Below, one piece after another: positions 23,846-31,769 of a stretch of 32,000 nt of DNA. The stretch is from Trichlorobacter lovleyi SZ (lineage in GTDB: Bacteria; Desulfobacterota; Desulfuromonadia; Geobacterales; Pseudopelobacteraceae). The notes under the pieces are model-generated. The model did not search any database and was not told the DNA's origin. It saw nothing but the letters and a program-made list of their open reading frames with translations. Each line of letters begins with the position of its first letter. Positions within the stretch are counted from its first letter, which is position 1. The position numbers and the translations under genes are program-made. The DNA lies in the NCBI RefSeq assembly GCF_000020385.1, contig NC_010814.1, forward strand, positions 2,070,001 through 2,102,000, read 5' to 3'.

Positions 23846-26161
23846 ATGGACCAATCTCCAACGTCTGATATGAACCTGCTCAAACAACAGCTTGAGTACC
23901 GCAAACGGCTGATGGACAAGATTAACGAAATCCATTCAGCTGATAATCTCAACACTATCCTGCTTCATATTAAAGACAGTATTGCAGCCCTGTTTACTGC
24001 CCAGCGTATCACGATCTATCTGGCTGATGCAAAACGCAATCTTTTGATATCAAAGGTTTTGTCCGGCACGGAGGTCAAGCAGATCGTGGTACCGATCTCT
24101 GATGCCAGTCTTGCTGGATACTGTGCCCTGTCCGGGACGGTACTGAATATCAAAGACGCCTATAATGATCATGAACTGAAGATGATCAGCTCCAATCTCA
24201 AGTTTGACCACTCGTGGGATCAAAAAACCGGCTTTGTGACCAAACAGGTTCTCTGTGTGCCGATGAAGTTTCAGCGCACGCTGATCGGTGTGATTCAAAT
24301 CATCAATAAACAGAACGGTACCCCCTTTGACGACACAGATATCACCTATGCCCTGGAACTGGGGACATCCCTTTCAATTGCCATTCACAATATCTACCGC
24401 TTGCAGGTGACCACCAAGATCATTCGCCAGCGTAGCCGCTACAACTATCTGCTGGATCGAAATATTCTGGATGACAAATCAATTGAAAAGGCGTCCGTCC
24501 ACCCGGATGTTGCCAAATTCGGTCTCGATGCTGTCCTGATGCGCGAATACAAAGTTCCCAGGGAAGAGATGGCCAAAGCCCTGTCGCTTTTCTTTGGCAC
24601 CGAGTTCATTAAATACGAACCTGCAGCTCCCGCCATGGAAGAAGAACTGCTAAAGCGGATCAGGCCGGATCGTTTGATGAAAGAGTGGTGGGTACCGTAC
24701 AAGGTCGAGAACGGTGTACTGTATATCATCATGGATGACCCGACTGATCTGGGACGTCAGGACATGATCAAGTTTATCTACCCGGAATACAAACGGATCA
24801 GCTACGTGGGCGCCTTCCGGGATGATATTCAAAGCTACATCGGACTGTTCTATAACCGTGGAGCCTCTCTGGGGTCAGGAGGCAGCATAGATGAGTTGAT
24901 CAATAAGCTGGACGCAACTGATGAGCCGGAGATCGAGCAGGAATCATCAAAGGTCTCTGAACAGGACAGCGTGATTGTCCAACTGGTAAACAAGATCATC
25001 ATTGATGCAGTCCAGGGCAAAGTATCCGATATTCACATTGAACCGTATCCCGGTAAAGAGGATGTCATTGTACGTACCAGGATTGATGGGCGCTGCAAGG
25101 TTTACCAGCGCATACCATACAAATATAAATACGCCATCCCTTCGCGGATCAAGATCATGTGCGGCCTTGACATTTCGGAACGACGCAAACCTCAGGACGG
25201 CAAGATTGACTTCAAAAAGTTCGGACCGCTCGATGTTGAGTTGCGGGTAGCCACCGTACCTACAGCCGGTCAGCTTGAAGATGTGGTCATGCGGGTTTTG
25301 GCTTCAGGTGAGGCCGCCCTGCCCTATGACAAACTGGGGCTCACTGAGCGCAACAGCAAGGTCTTGATGGAATGCATCAACCAGCCCTATGGCCTGGTAT
25401 TGGTTGTCGGCCCCACCGGCTCCGGAAAGACCACCACCCTGCACTCCGCTATTTCCGTTATCAATACCCCTGAAACCAAGATCTGGACTGCAGAAGATCC
25501 GGTGGAGATCACGCAACGGGGCCTACGTCAGGTACAGGTACATCCCAAGATCGGTTTTACCTTTGCCGCGGCCCTGCGTTCCTTCCTGCGGGCCGACCCT
25601 GATGTAATCATGGTGGGTGAGATGCGGGATCAGGAAACCGCCGAGATCGGTATTGAATCATCCTTGACCGGCCACCTGGTCTTTTCCACCCTGCACACCA
25701 ACTCGGCACCGGAGACGGTTACCCGTCTGCTGGATATGGAACTGGATCCATTCTCGTTCTCGGACGCCATTCTCTGTATTCTTGCCCAGCGTCTCTGCCG
25801 CCGGCTCTGTGACTGCAAGCAGGAGTACCAGCCGGATCGCAAAGAACTTGAAGATATCATAATGGAATATGGGGTGGAGGCGTTCAAGAAGACAGGCATT
25901 AACCCTGCCGATATCAGGCTTTGCAAGGCAACCGGTTGCCCTAAATGCGGTGATTCAGGCTACAAAGGCCGTCTGGGAATCCATGAGCTGCTACAGGGTA
26001 CCGATGAGATGAAGACCCTGATCAAGCGTAAATCAGAAATTGAAGCAATCCGCCATCAGGCTATCAATGATGGCATGACCACCCTGAAACAGGATGGAAT
26101 TCTTAAATGTTTCAAAGGGCTGACTGATCTGAAAGAGGTCAGAAAAGTCTGCATCAAATAA
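23846..26161 (+). CDS. GspE/PilB-family secretion ATPase with N-terminal GAF-like and T2SSE_N domains
   Basis: 771 aa. Walker A GPTGSGKTT. The tetracysteine region is CRRLCDC...CPKCGDSGYKGR. The ATPase core is IRTRIDG...RKPQDGKI...DPDVIMVGEMRD...GHLVFSTLHTN. Residues about 20-185 look GAF-like (ITIYLAD...GYCALSGTVLNIKDAY...VLCVPM...LIGVIQIINK). Confidence 0.85.
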   Translation: MDQSPTSDMNLLKQQLEYRKRLMDKINEIHSADNLNTILLHIKDSIAALFTAQRITIYLADAKRNLLISKVLSGTEVKQIVVPISDASLAGYCALSGTVLNIKDAYNDHELKMISSNLKFDHSWDQKTGFVTKQVLCVPMKFQRTLIGVIQIINKQNGTPFDDTDITYALELGTSLSIAIHNIYRLQVTTKIIRQRSRYNYLLDRNILDDKSIEKASVHPDVAKFGLDAVLMREYKVPREEMAKALSLFFGTEFIKYEPAAPAMEEELLKRIRPDRLMKEWWVPYKVENGVLYIIMDDPTDLGRQDMIKFIYPEYKRISYVGAFRDDIQSYIGLFYNRGASLGSGGSIDELINKLDATDEPEIEQESSKVSEQDSVIVQLVNKIIIDAVQGKVSDIHIEPYPGKEDVIVRTRIDGRCKVYQRIPYKYKYAIPSRIKIMCGLDISERRKPQDGKIDFKKFGPLDVELRVATVPTAGQLEDVVMRVLASGEAALPYDKLGLTERNSKVLMECINQPYGLVLVVGPTGSGKTTTLHSAISVINTPETKIWTAEDPVEITQRGLRQVQVHPKIGFTFAAALRSFLRADPDVIMVGEMRDQETAEIGIESSLTGHLVFSTLHTNSAPETVTRLLDMELDPFSFSDAILCILAQRLCRRLCDCKQEYQPDRKELEDIIMEYGVEAFKKTGINPADIRLCKATGCPKCGDSGYKGRLGIHELLQGTDEMKTLIKRKSEIEAIRHQAINDGMTTLKQDGILKCFKGLTDLKEVRKVCIK

Positions 26162-26182
26162 CCCCGAGGAGGTGATCTGGCA

Positions 26183-26287
26183 ATGGCAACATGGAAATGT
26201 GACTGCGGCTTTAGCAAGGAAGGTCGCTGCAAACCGCAAAAATGTGAGAAGTGTGGGGAAAAGGGCAAGTTCTCTAAGGTTGAGTAA
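26183..26287 (+). CDS. unannotated 34-aa Cys/Lys-rich zinc-ribbon (rubredoxin-knuckle-like) protein
   Basis: ATG 26183 lies about 8 nt after GAGGAGG. The product is MATWKCDCGFSKEGRCKPQKCEKCGEKGKFSKVE, ending at TAA 26285-26287. The two Cys knuckles (CDCG, CEKCG) resemble the rubredoxin-like domain of rubrerythrins. The ORF is below the track's size cutoff. Confidence 0.6.
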   Translation: MATWKCDCGFSKEGRCKPQKCEKCGEKGKFSKVE

Positions 26288-26294
26288 AAACTTC

Positions 26295-26327
26295 AGGCGG
26301 GGTGCTTCAGACATGAAACGCCCCGCT
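26295..26327 (+). other. RNA hairpin between the small ORF and the ferritin-like gene (possible attenuator or processing site; not a canonical terminator)
   Basis: aggcggggtg ... cgccccgct form a stem of about 9 bp with one bulge and one G-U pair, closing a 14-nt loop. There is no T-run after it. Confidence 0.3.
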
Positions 26328-26347
26328 ATTCTGGTGGAGTAACACGC

Positions 26348-27385
26348 ATGGACAATCCAGGTAAAGCCCGGACCGGCATCTCATATACCGACCAGCTCCT
26401 GTTGGAAAAATGCAGGTCAATTGAGCTACTTAGCAGAGATCTCTACTACTGTTTCGCAGATACATATGCCGATTCCCCTGAGGCAGATTACCTATGGCGT
26501 AAAACTGCGCGCGAAGAACAAAACCATGCCGATCAGTTTAGCTTGGCCTTGAAATTACATAAAGGCCTTCGTCTCAGCACCGGTATCAGCCTTGAAAAAG
26601 CAGATCGACTGATTGAACAACTCACAACCGGTATTGAAAAGGTAACTAATACCCCCCTGCCTTTGATTGAGGCACTGGCCTTTGCTGTAAAGCTTGAGCA
26701 TTTTTTGACGGAACTCCACCTTTCCTGTATGGCTGAGTTCACTGACAAATCGTTTTCAGATCTGTTCAAGGCAATGATGTCGAGCGATCAGGATCATGTC
26801 GCCTCAATTGAAGCCCTTTATACAAAATTGACTACGGCTACCCGGACCGATTCTTTGATTACAACCAAAGAGCAAGTACAACCTGCGCCACCCACTCGCA
26901 ATACTCAATCAACACTTGAACCTTACCAGAACAAGATACTTGAATTATTCAAGGAACAGGAAATGTTAATGGCATCGATCTATCAGAAACTTGCCCAACT
27001 TTATCCTGAACATGCAGATAGTTACTTAAAACTTGTGGCTGAAGAGATGGAACATGCCGGTTGGATTGAACAGCTTCAGACAGCCTGTCAGGCAGGCATT
27101 GCCTGTTTTGGCGAAGGTAAAACACGAAGCTATACTATTAGTGGGATGATCTCATACATGCAGGATTTTTATAAACGGCTTGAAACCGGACAACTTACCG
27201 AATTACAGGCTCTAACCGCAGTGGTTGATTTTGAACAATCCTTGATTGAACGGAATATTTTTCAACGGTTTTGCGGAGATTCTCCTGACGTTGAAAAGAC
27301 GTTAAGAATGCTTGAAAAAACACAAAAGATACATTCCGGTAATATTTCAGCTTTATTTCAACACGTTCGGTCCCCTGCTGTCTGA
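26348..27385 (+). CDS. tandem ferritin-like (rubrerythrin/diiron four-helix-bundle-like) domain protein
   Basis: 345 aa. There are two repeats, each with an E...ExxH...E...(E/D/Q)xxH pattern: IELLSRDLY / EEQNH / KLEHF / DQDH, then EQEML / EEMEH / FEQSL / QKIH. Confidence 0.65.
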   Translation: MDNPGKARTGISYTDQLLLEKCRSIELLSRDLYYCFADTYADSPEADYLWRKTAREEQNHADQFSLALKLHKGLRLSTGISLEKADRLIEQLTTGIEKVTNTPLPLIEALAFAVKLEHFLTELHLSCMAEFTDKSFSDLFKAMMSSDQDHVASIEALYTKLTTATRTDSLITTKEQVQPAPPTRNTQSTLEPYQNKILELFKEQEMLMASIYQKLAQLYPEHADSYLKLVAEEMEHAGWIEQLQTACQAGIACFGEGKTRSYTISGMISYMQDFYKRLETGQLTELQALTAVVDFEQSLIERNIFQRFCGDSPDVEKTLRMLEKTQKIHSGNISALFQHVRSPAV

Positions 27386-27549
27386 CGACATGCCCAACTG
27401 TCCTGTTAAGTACGGCCATTGACCTGCATGATGATTTGCGGTGGTTTTGCCGGTACCGGTCTTGGTTGGCATACCATGGGGCTGCCCGACTCTGTAAAAC
27501 CATCCCTCACTGCTGTTGGTTTGTCCGGAAACACCTATACTTTTTGCCA

Positions 27550-27587
27550 AGCATATATCAGATAATATGCTGTTTTCATTGATCAAT
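27550..27587. promoter_or_regulatory. operator-like palindromes in the hemerythrin upstream region
   Basis: AGCATAT-N8-ATATGCT at 27550..27571 is a perfect 7-bp inverted repeat and overlaps a possible TTGCCA(27544)-16-TATGCT promoter. A perfect 10-bp palindrome ATTGATCAAT lies at 27578..27587. Confidence 0.35.
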
Positions 27588-27649
27588 ATAGCTAACACAA
27601 CATCGGGCACACTGTTTCTACCGACAATAAAGACAACGGAGTAGCGCAG

Positions 27650-28093
27650 ATGGGTATCTATTGGCGCAAGGAACTGGAAATAGGAGTTATTGAAATAGAC
27701 AAACAACACCAGAGTCTGGTGGAATCTTTCAATGCGTTCTTGCTGGCCTGCCGAAATGGCAAAGGCAGTTCAGAATTACTTGAACTACTCAAATTTCTTG
27801 ATGAGTATGCCCTCCACCACTTTCATACTGAAGAAGCAATCCAGAAAGCGGCGGCATATCCCGAGTACGAATCTCACCGACTTCAACACCTCGGTTTTAC
27901 TAAAAAAATTAAAGATCTAAAAGAGCAGCTAACCTTAAACGAACCTCCCCAGATCAATCACCTGATAGCCACCAATACTGTGCTGCTGGATTGGTTCATA
28001 AAGCATATCTCGGGCTCAGACAGTCATTTTGGCCGGCATCTGGTTGAAACCTGCTACTTTGCCGATTCAGGTTCACAGCAATCTGATCCCTAG
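27650..28093 (+). CDS. bacteriohemerythrin (hemerythrin-like metal-binding protein)
   Basis: 147 aa. W..ELEIGV.EIDKQHQSL, HHFHTEE, H..QH and DWFIKHISGSD match the hemerythrin His/Glu/Asp iron ligand pattern. Confidence 0.88.
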   Translation: MGIYWRKELEIGVIEIDKQHQSLVESFNAFLLACRNGKGSSELLELLKFLDEYALHHFHTEEAIQKAAAYPEYESHRLQHLGFTKKIKDLKEQLTLNEPPQINHLIATNTVLLDWFIKHISGSDSHFGRHLVETCYFADSGSQQSDP

Positions 28094-28122
28094 CAAAGAG
28101 CTGGTTCGATGCATGCCCCCTG

Positions 28123-28386
28123 CTATCTGTGTACTTCGGCCCCGCAGTATTTACAGGCATCCAGCTTCCAGGGGTACACTGCTCCACAGGAAGGGCATTT
28201 TCTGAAATGCCCCGGAATTTCCTGATCGGGTTTTTGAAACCAGATAATAAACACAAAGAACGGGAACGGTGCTGACAAGAGCCCCCATACCAGGGGGTTC
28301 CTGCCTCTGGAGTGAGCCAGCCAAGCCCCCAGTACCCCCGGTAATCCGAAAAAAGCTGCAATAAATATATATTCGGTAAGTCCCAT
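28123..28386 (-). CDS. small membrane protein with a C-terminal zinc ribbon
   Basis: 87 aa with two hydrophobic helices, then CPSCG...CKYCG. A GGGGAGGGG SD lies upstream. Confidence 0.55.
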   Translation of the reverse strand: MGLTEYIFIAAFFGLPGVLGAWLAHSRGRNPLVWGLLSAPFPFFVFIIWFQKPDQEIPGHFRKCPSCGAVYPWKLDACKYCGAEVHR

Positions 28387-28483
28387 AACATCCCCTCCCC
28401 TTGAAGTGCCGTTTTTCGTTTCACAGACAATAAAGTAATAAGTGGCTTGTTACTGCAGGCATTTTCGCAACAGCAAAGGGATT

Positions 28484-29368
28484 TTACCGGCTTCTCTTTA
28501 CCATTGCCATAAACTCCAGCGCAGCCGGTGACAGGCTCTTGCCACGACGCCAGGCCAGATAAAAACTGCGATTAATCGTAAGCCCGCTGACCGTCAACTC
28601 GATAAGCGTTCCATCCGCCAGTTCATGCCCCACGGCAAGGGTGGATACAAAAGCTGCTCCTGCCCCGCTTAATACCGCACGACGAACTGCCTCACTGCTG
28701 CCAAGCTGGGCAACCACCCGCAGCCGGCGCGGATCTATACCGTTTTTCTGAAGCGCGCTATCTACTGCCGTACGGGTGCCCGAACCAGCTTCACGAATTA
28801 CCAACGGCAGCTGCGCGAGCTGATTGTACTCAAGAATGCCAACGGGGCTCAGACCGGGTCTGGCAACCAGAACGATCCGTTCGGTCATTACCTCCTGCAT
28901 ATTGATGCTGTCATCATCAATATGACCACCCACCACAGCCAGCTCAACCCGTTCATCCTGCAACAGCCTTATCACCTCATGGGTGTCTCCCTGCTGTAGT
29001 TCAAGGCGGACACCGGGCCAGGCAGTGCTGAAATGGCCCAGCATATCAGGAATTAAAAAGGCAGCCGGAATGGTACTGGCCCCTACCCGCAAGGTTGCCT
29101 GCTCAAGTCCCTGAAAGCGCCTGACCGCCTCAACAGCCTCACTACAATGCCGGCAGATCCCGGCTGCATGGTCATAAAAGAGCCGCCCGACCTCAGTCAA
29201 CGCAACCTGGCTTGCCGAACGATCAAAGAGGCGCACATTCAATTCATCTTCCAATGCCCGAATGTGCTGGCTCGCAGTGGATTGGGCCAGGCTGACGGCT
29301 TCACCTCCTTTTGAAAAACTGCGCGTATCGGCTACGGCCAGAAATACTTCCAACTGTTTCAATGTCAT
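28484..29368 (-). CDS. LysR-family transcriptional regulator
   Basis: The N-terminal wHTH MTLKQLEVFLAVADTRSFSKGGEAVSLAQSTASQHIRALEDELNVRLFDR is followed by a LysR substrate-binding domain. ATG 29368 with a GGTGG SD is preferred over the track's upstream TTG at 29392. It is divergent from the rhodanese operon. Confidence 0.88.
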   Translation of the reverse strand: MTLKQLEVFLAVADTRSFSKGGEAVSLAQSTASQHIRALEDELNVRLFDRSASQVALTEVGRLFYDHAAGICRHCSEAVEAVRRFQGLEQATLRVGASTIPAAFLIPDMLGHFSTAWPGVRLELQQGDTHEVIRLLQDERVELAVVGGHIDDDSINMQEVMTERIVLVARPGLSPVGILEYNQLAQLPLVIREAGSGTRTAVDSALQKNGIDPRRLRVVAQLGSSEAVRRAVLSGAGAAFVSTLAVGHELADGTLIELTVSGLTINRSFYLAWRRGKSLSPAALEFMAMVKRSR

Positions 29369-29459
29369 AGGGCCACCTATCCAAATAATCAATTTATTCT
29401 AACGCTTTTCTACCAGATTATCTATTTGCCAGGCAAGCATACAAATTGGTATCAAATAC

Positions 29460-29475
29460 ATTCATTTTTTTGAAT
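29460..29475. promoter_or_regulatory. palindrome ATTCA-N6-TGAAT immediately upstream of the rhodanese RBS
   Basis: The sequence is cATTCAttttttTGAATACAAAGGAGaatcattcATG. This is the second of only two copies of this palindrome in the window; the other is at 4206..4223. Confidence 0.5.
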
Positions 29476-29492
29476 ACAAAGGAGAATCATTC

Positions 29493-29909
29493 ATGTTAAA
29501 AAAAATTGCCCTGTTTTTTGTTCTCAGCATTGCCTCTGCCACGGTTGCCCTGGCTGCCAATTATATTGAACCACAGGAGTTGAAAGAGCTTTTTGACAAG
29601 AAAAAGCCGGTTATTCTGGTGGATATCCAACCTGCAACTGATTTTGAGGTGCAGCACCTGCCCGGTTCAATTGAAACCAACGCCTTTCCGGCCAAGACAG
29701 ATGAAGATAAGGCACGTCTGGATAAGGCGTTGACCGTCATTAAGGCATCAAAAGACCCGGTTGTGGTGGTCTGCCCCCGTGGTAAATCAGGTGCCAAAAA
29801 CAGCTACCAGTACCTTGAATCAAAAGGCGTGCCTGAAGACCGGATGCAGATTCTGGAGGGTGGCATTGCAGAATGGCCCTTCAAAGAGCTGTTTGTAAAA
29901 GGCCGTTAA
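29493..29909 (+). CDS. exported single-domain rhodanese-like sulfurtransferase
   Basis: 138 aa. Signal peptide MLKKIALFFVLSIASATVALA. Rhodanese fold with the active-site loop VVVCPRGKSG. Confidence 0.8.
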   Translation: MLKKIALFFVLSIASATVALAANYIEPQELKELFDKKKPVILVDIQPATDFEVQHLPGSIETNAFPAKTDEDKARLDKALTVIKASKDPVVVVCPRGKSGAKNSYQYLESKGVPEDRMQILEGGIAEWPFKELFVKGR

Positions 29910-29944
29910 CCCTGAGCAAGCGACATCAAACTAATCGGGCGTCC

Positions 29945-30988
29945 ATGGCAGATATGGCTGCCAACTGCACCTCCTGCGGTGAATGTGTGCGCCCCTGCAG
30001 CTTTCTGCAGCACCAGGGCACTCCATTAACAATAGCGCAACAGGGGGCAACCGACCGCAACCTGCTTGCTGCCTATGGCTGTTCCTTATGCGGCCTGTGC
30101 GATGCTGTCTGCCCGGAGGGACTCTCACCTTCCGATATGCTGCTTGGCATGCGTCAGGAAGCGGCAACACGCGGCTTGACGGATCTGAAAAAATACGCAC
30201 CCTGGCTCAACTATGAGAAGCTGGGGGCATCCCTGTTCTTCCGGCGGGATCTGATCCCGACCGGTTGCACCACCGTTTTTTTCCCGGGCTGTTCTTTACC
30301 CGGCACCAGACCGGATGCAGTGCTAGAGCTGTTCAAGCGTCTGCGCCTGATGGAACCAACCGCCGGCCTGGTTCTGGATTGCTGTGGTAAGATATCCCAT
30401 GACCTGGGATTAACAGACCATTTCACCGCGCTCTTTGGACGGTTGTCAAAACGGTTACGGCACAAAGGTATCACCCGTATTCTCACCGCCTGCCCCGGCT
30501 GCAGCAAGATTCTGCGTAACCATGGAGAAGAGTTTGATGTTACCAGTATCTATGAGGTGCTTGCTGCATGCACCGCACCCTCACGTCCTGCTTCTCCACT
30601 CAAAGTCGTGACCATCCATGATCCCTGTCCGGCCCGGTTTGATCCGGCACAGCAAGCCGCTGTCCGGCAACTGGTACAATCTTGCGGGTACCGTATTGAA
30701 GAACTGCCCTCCCACGGAACAACCACCCGCTGTTGTGGCCAGGGAGGTATGGTGGAAGGCTGCGTGACCAGTACCATCAAGCAGGAATCCGGGGTTATTG
30801 CTGCCGAAGCTGCCGGTCGCCCGGTTATTTCCTCTTGTGCATCCTGCAGTGATAGCATTACAACAGCAACACCGGCAGGCCATGTTGTTGACCTGTTGTT
30901 CAGTAAGACCGATTTTTCTGCTAAACCGGTCTCATCGGCCAGACGCTGGTTGAACCGTCTTAAACTGAGATGTGCGAGACTGACATGA
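29945..30988 (+). CDS. (Fe-S)-binding oxidoreductase subunit: 2x[4Fe-4S] ferredoxin motifs plus two CCG domains (HdrD/GlcF/LutA-like)
   Basis: CTSCGECVRPC and CSLCGLCDAVCP are followed by FFPGCSLPG...LDCCGK and IHDPCPARF...RCCGQGG. I prefer ATG 29945 (MADMAAN...) to the track's 29873 start, which overlaps the rhodanese gene by 37 nt. Confidence 0.8.
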   Translation: MADMAANCTSCGECVRPCSFLQHQGTPLTIAQQGATDRNLLAAYGCSLCGLCDAVCPEGLSPSDMLLGMRQEAATRGLTDLKKYAPWLNYEKLGASLFFRRDLIPTGCTTVFFPGCSLPGTRPDAVLELFKRLRLMEPTAGLVLDCCGKISHDLGLTDHFTALFGRLSKRLRHKGITRILTACPGCSKILRNHGEEFDVTSIYEVLAACTAPSRPASPLKVVTIHDPCPARFDPAQQAAVRQLVQSCGYRIEELPSHGTTTRCCGQGGMVEGCVTSTIKQESGVIAAEAAGRPVISSCASCSDSITTATPAGHVVDLLFSKTDFSAKPVSSARRWLNRLKLRCARLT

Positions 30989-31716
30989 ACATTCAACCAT
31001 TTTCAAGACACTTCAGGCTTCAAAAACTGGTCTTATGTTTAGTCTGGGAATCCTTTCCTTCCTCTGTAGTTCTGCGGCTCTGTGTTGCAATTTTGTTTTG
31101 CTTTGCATTTTTTTGTGTGGAGCCGGCCTTGGCAGACGAAGTCGCCATATCCCGCTTTGCAACAGAAGGACTCAAGGGCTGGGAGTCCAAGAGTTTCAAA
31201 GGCAGCACTGACTACACACTGGTGCAGGAAAACGGTCGCACCGTACTGAAGGCCCATGCCAAATCAGCTGCATCAGGCCTGTCAAAAAAGATTGCATTTC
31301 AACCTGCTACCTACCGCTATCTCAAGTGGAGCTGGAAAATATCCAATACCATTGCTCAGGGCAATGAAAAGAGCAAACAGGGTGATGACTATGCTGCCCG
31401 GGTCTATGTCGTCTTTCCAGGCCGGTTCTTCTGGCAGATGCGAGCCTTAAACTACATCTGGGCCAACAAACTGCCCAAAGGCGAATTTGTCCCCAACGCC
31501 TTTACCTCCAATGCCATGCTGATTGCAGTCGAATCCGGGCCGTCAAAAGCAGGACAGTGGGTTGCTGAAGAACGTGATATCCTGGCTGATTTTCGCCGTG
31601 TGTTTGGCGAAGAGCCGCACGAAGCAGGCGCCATTGCAATCATGACTGATACCGACAATACCGGTGCAGAGGCCACTGCCTGGTACGGAGATATCATCCT
31701 CTCGACAAACCGCTGA
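30985..31716 (+). CDS. DUF3047 domain protein with an N-terminal signal/anchor
   Basis: [16 protein letters not shown]...[17 protein letters not shown]...LKWSWKI...[14 protein letters not shown] matches the DUF3047 pattern. ATG 30985 overlaps the upstream TGA (ATGA). Confidence 0.75.
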   Translation: MNIQPFSRHFRLQKLVLCLVWESFPSSVVLRLCVAILFCFAFFCVEPALADEVAISRFATEGLKGWESKSFKGSTDYTLVQENGRTVLKAHAKSAASGLSKKIAFQPATYRYLKWSWKISNTIAQGNEKSKQGDDYAARVYVVFPGRFFWQMRALNYIWANKLPKGEFVPNAFTSNAMLIAVESGPSKAGQWVAEERDILADFRRVFGEEPHEAGAIAIMTDTDNTGAEATAWYGDIILSTNR

Positions 31717-31723
31717 TGTTCTG

Positions 31724-31732
31724 TGCTATAAT
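31724..31732 (+). promoter_or_regulatory. candidate extended -10 promoter element for msrA
   Basis: TGCTATAAT is a perfect TGnTATAAT. It lies 38 nt upstream of GTG 31770. A possible -35 TCGACA at 31702..31707 has a rather long 19-nt spacing. Confidence 0.4.
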
Positions 31733-31769
31733 GTCTACCTGTCTGATCAACATATGCAGGAGGCCTGTC

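Noticed and set aside
27428-27565. A 45-aa ORF (MMICGGFAGTGLGWHTMGLPDSV...) and other short frames in the ferritin-like/hemerythrin intergenic region, including a short MPNCPVKYGH-TGA frame
   Set aside because: They have no Shine-Dalgarno sequence and no recognisable domain. The 3' end of the ORF overlaps the AT-rich putative promoter and operator. There is no evidence for a Sec codon context.
29434-29452. Shared 8-mer CAAGCATA after TTGCCA in both the rhodanese (29434..) and hemerythrin (27544..) upstream regions
   Set aside because: An 8-mer match is expected about once by chance in a window of this size, counting both strands. There is no extended similarity around it.
29873-29944. Track start at 29873 for the Fe-S/CCG protein, and TTG 29392 for the LysR gene
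   Set aside because: Start 29873 overlaps the rhodanese gene by 37 nt and its GGAGG lies too far upstream. The family-typical N-terminus begins near MADMAAN (29945). The LysR wHTH begins at MTLKQLEVF (ATG 29368, GGTGG SD).
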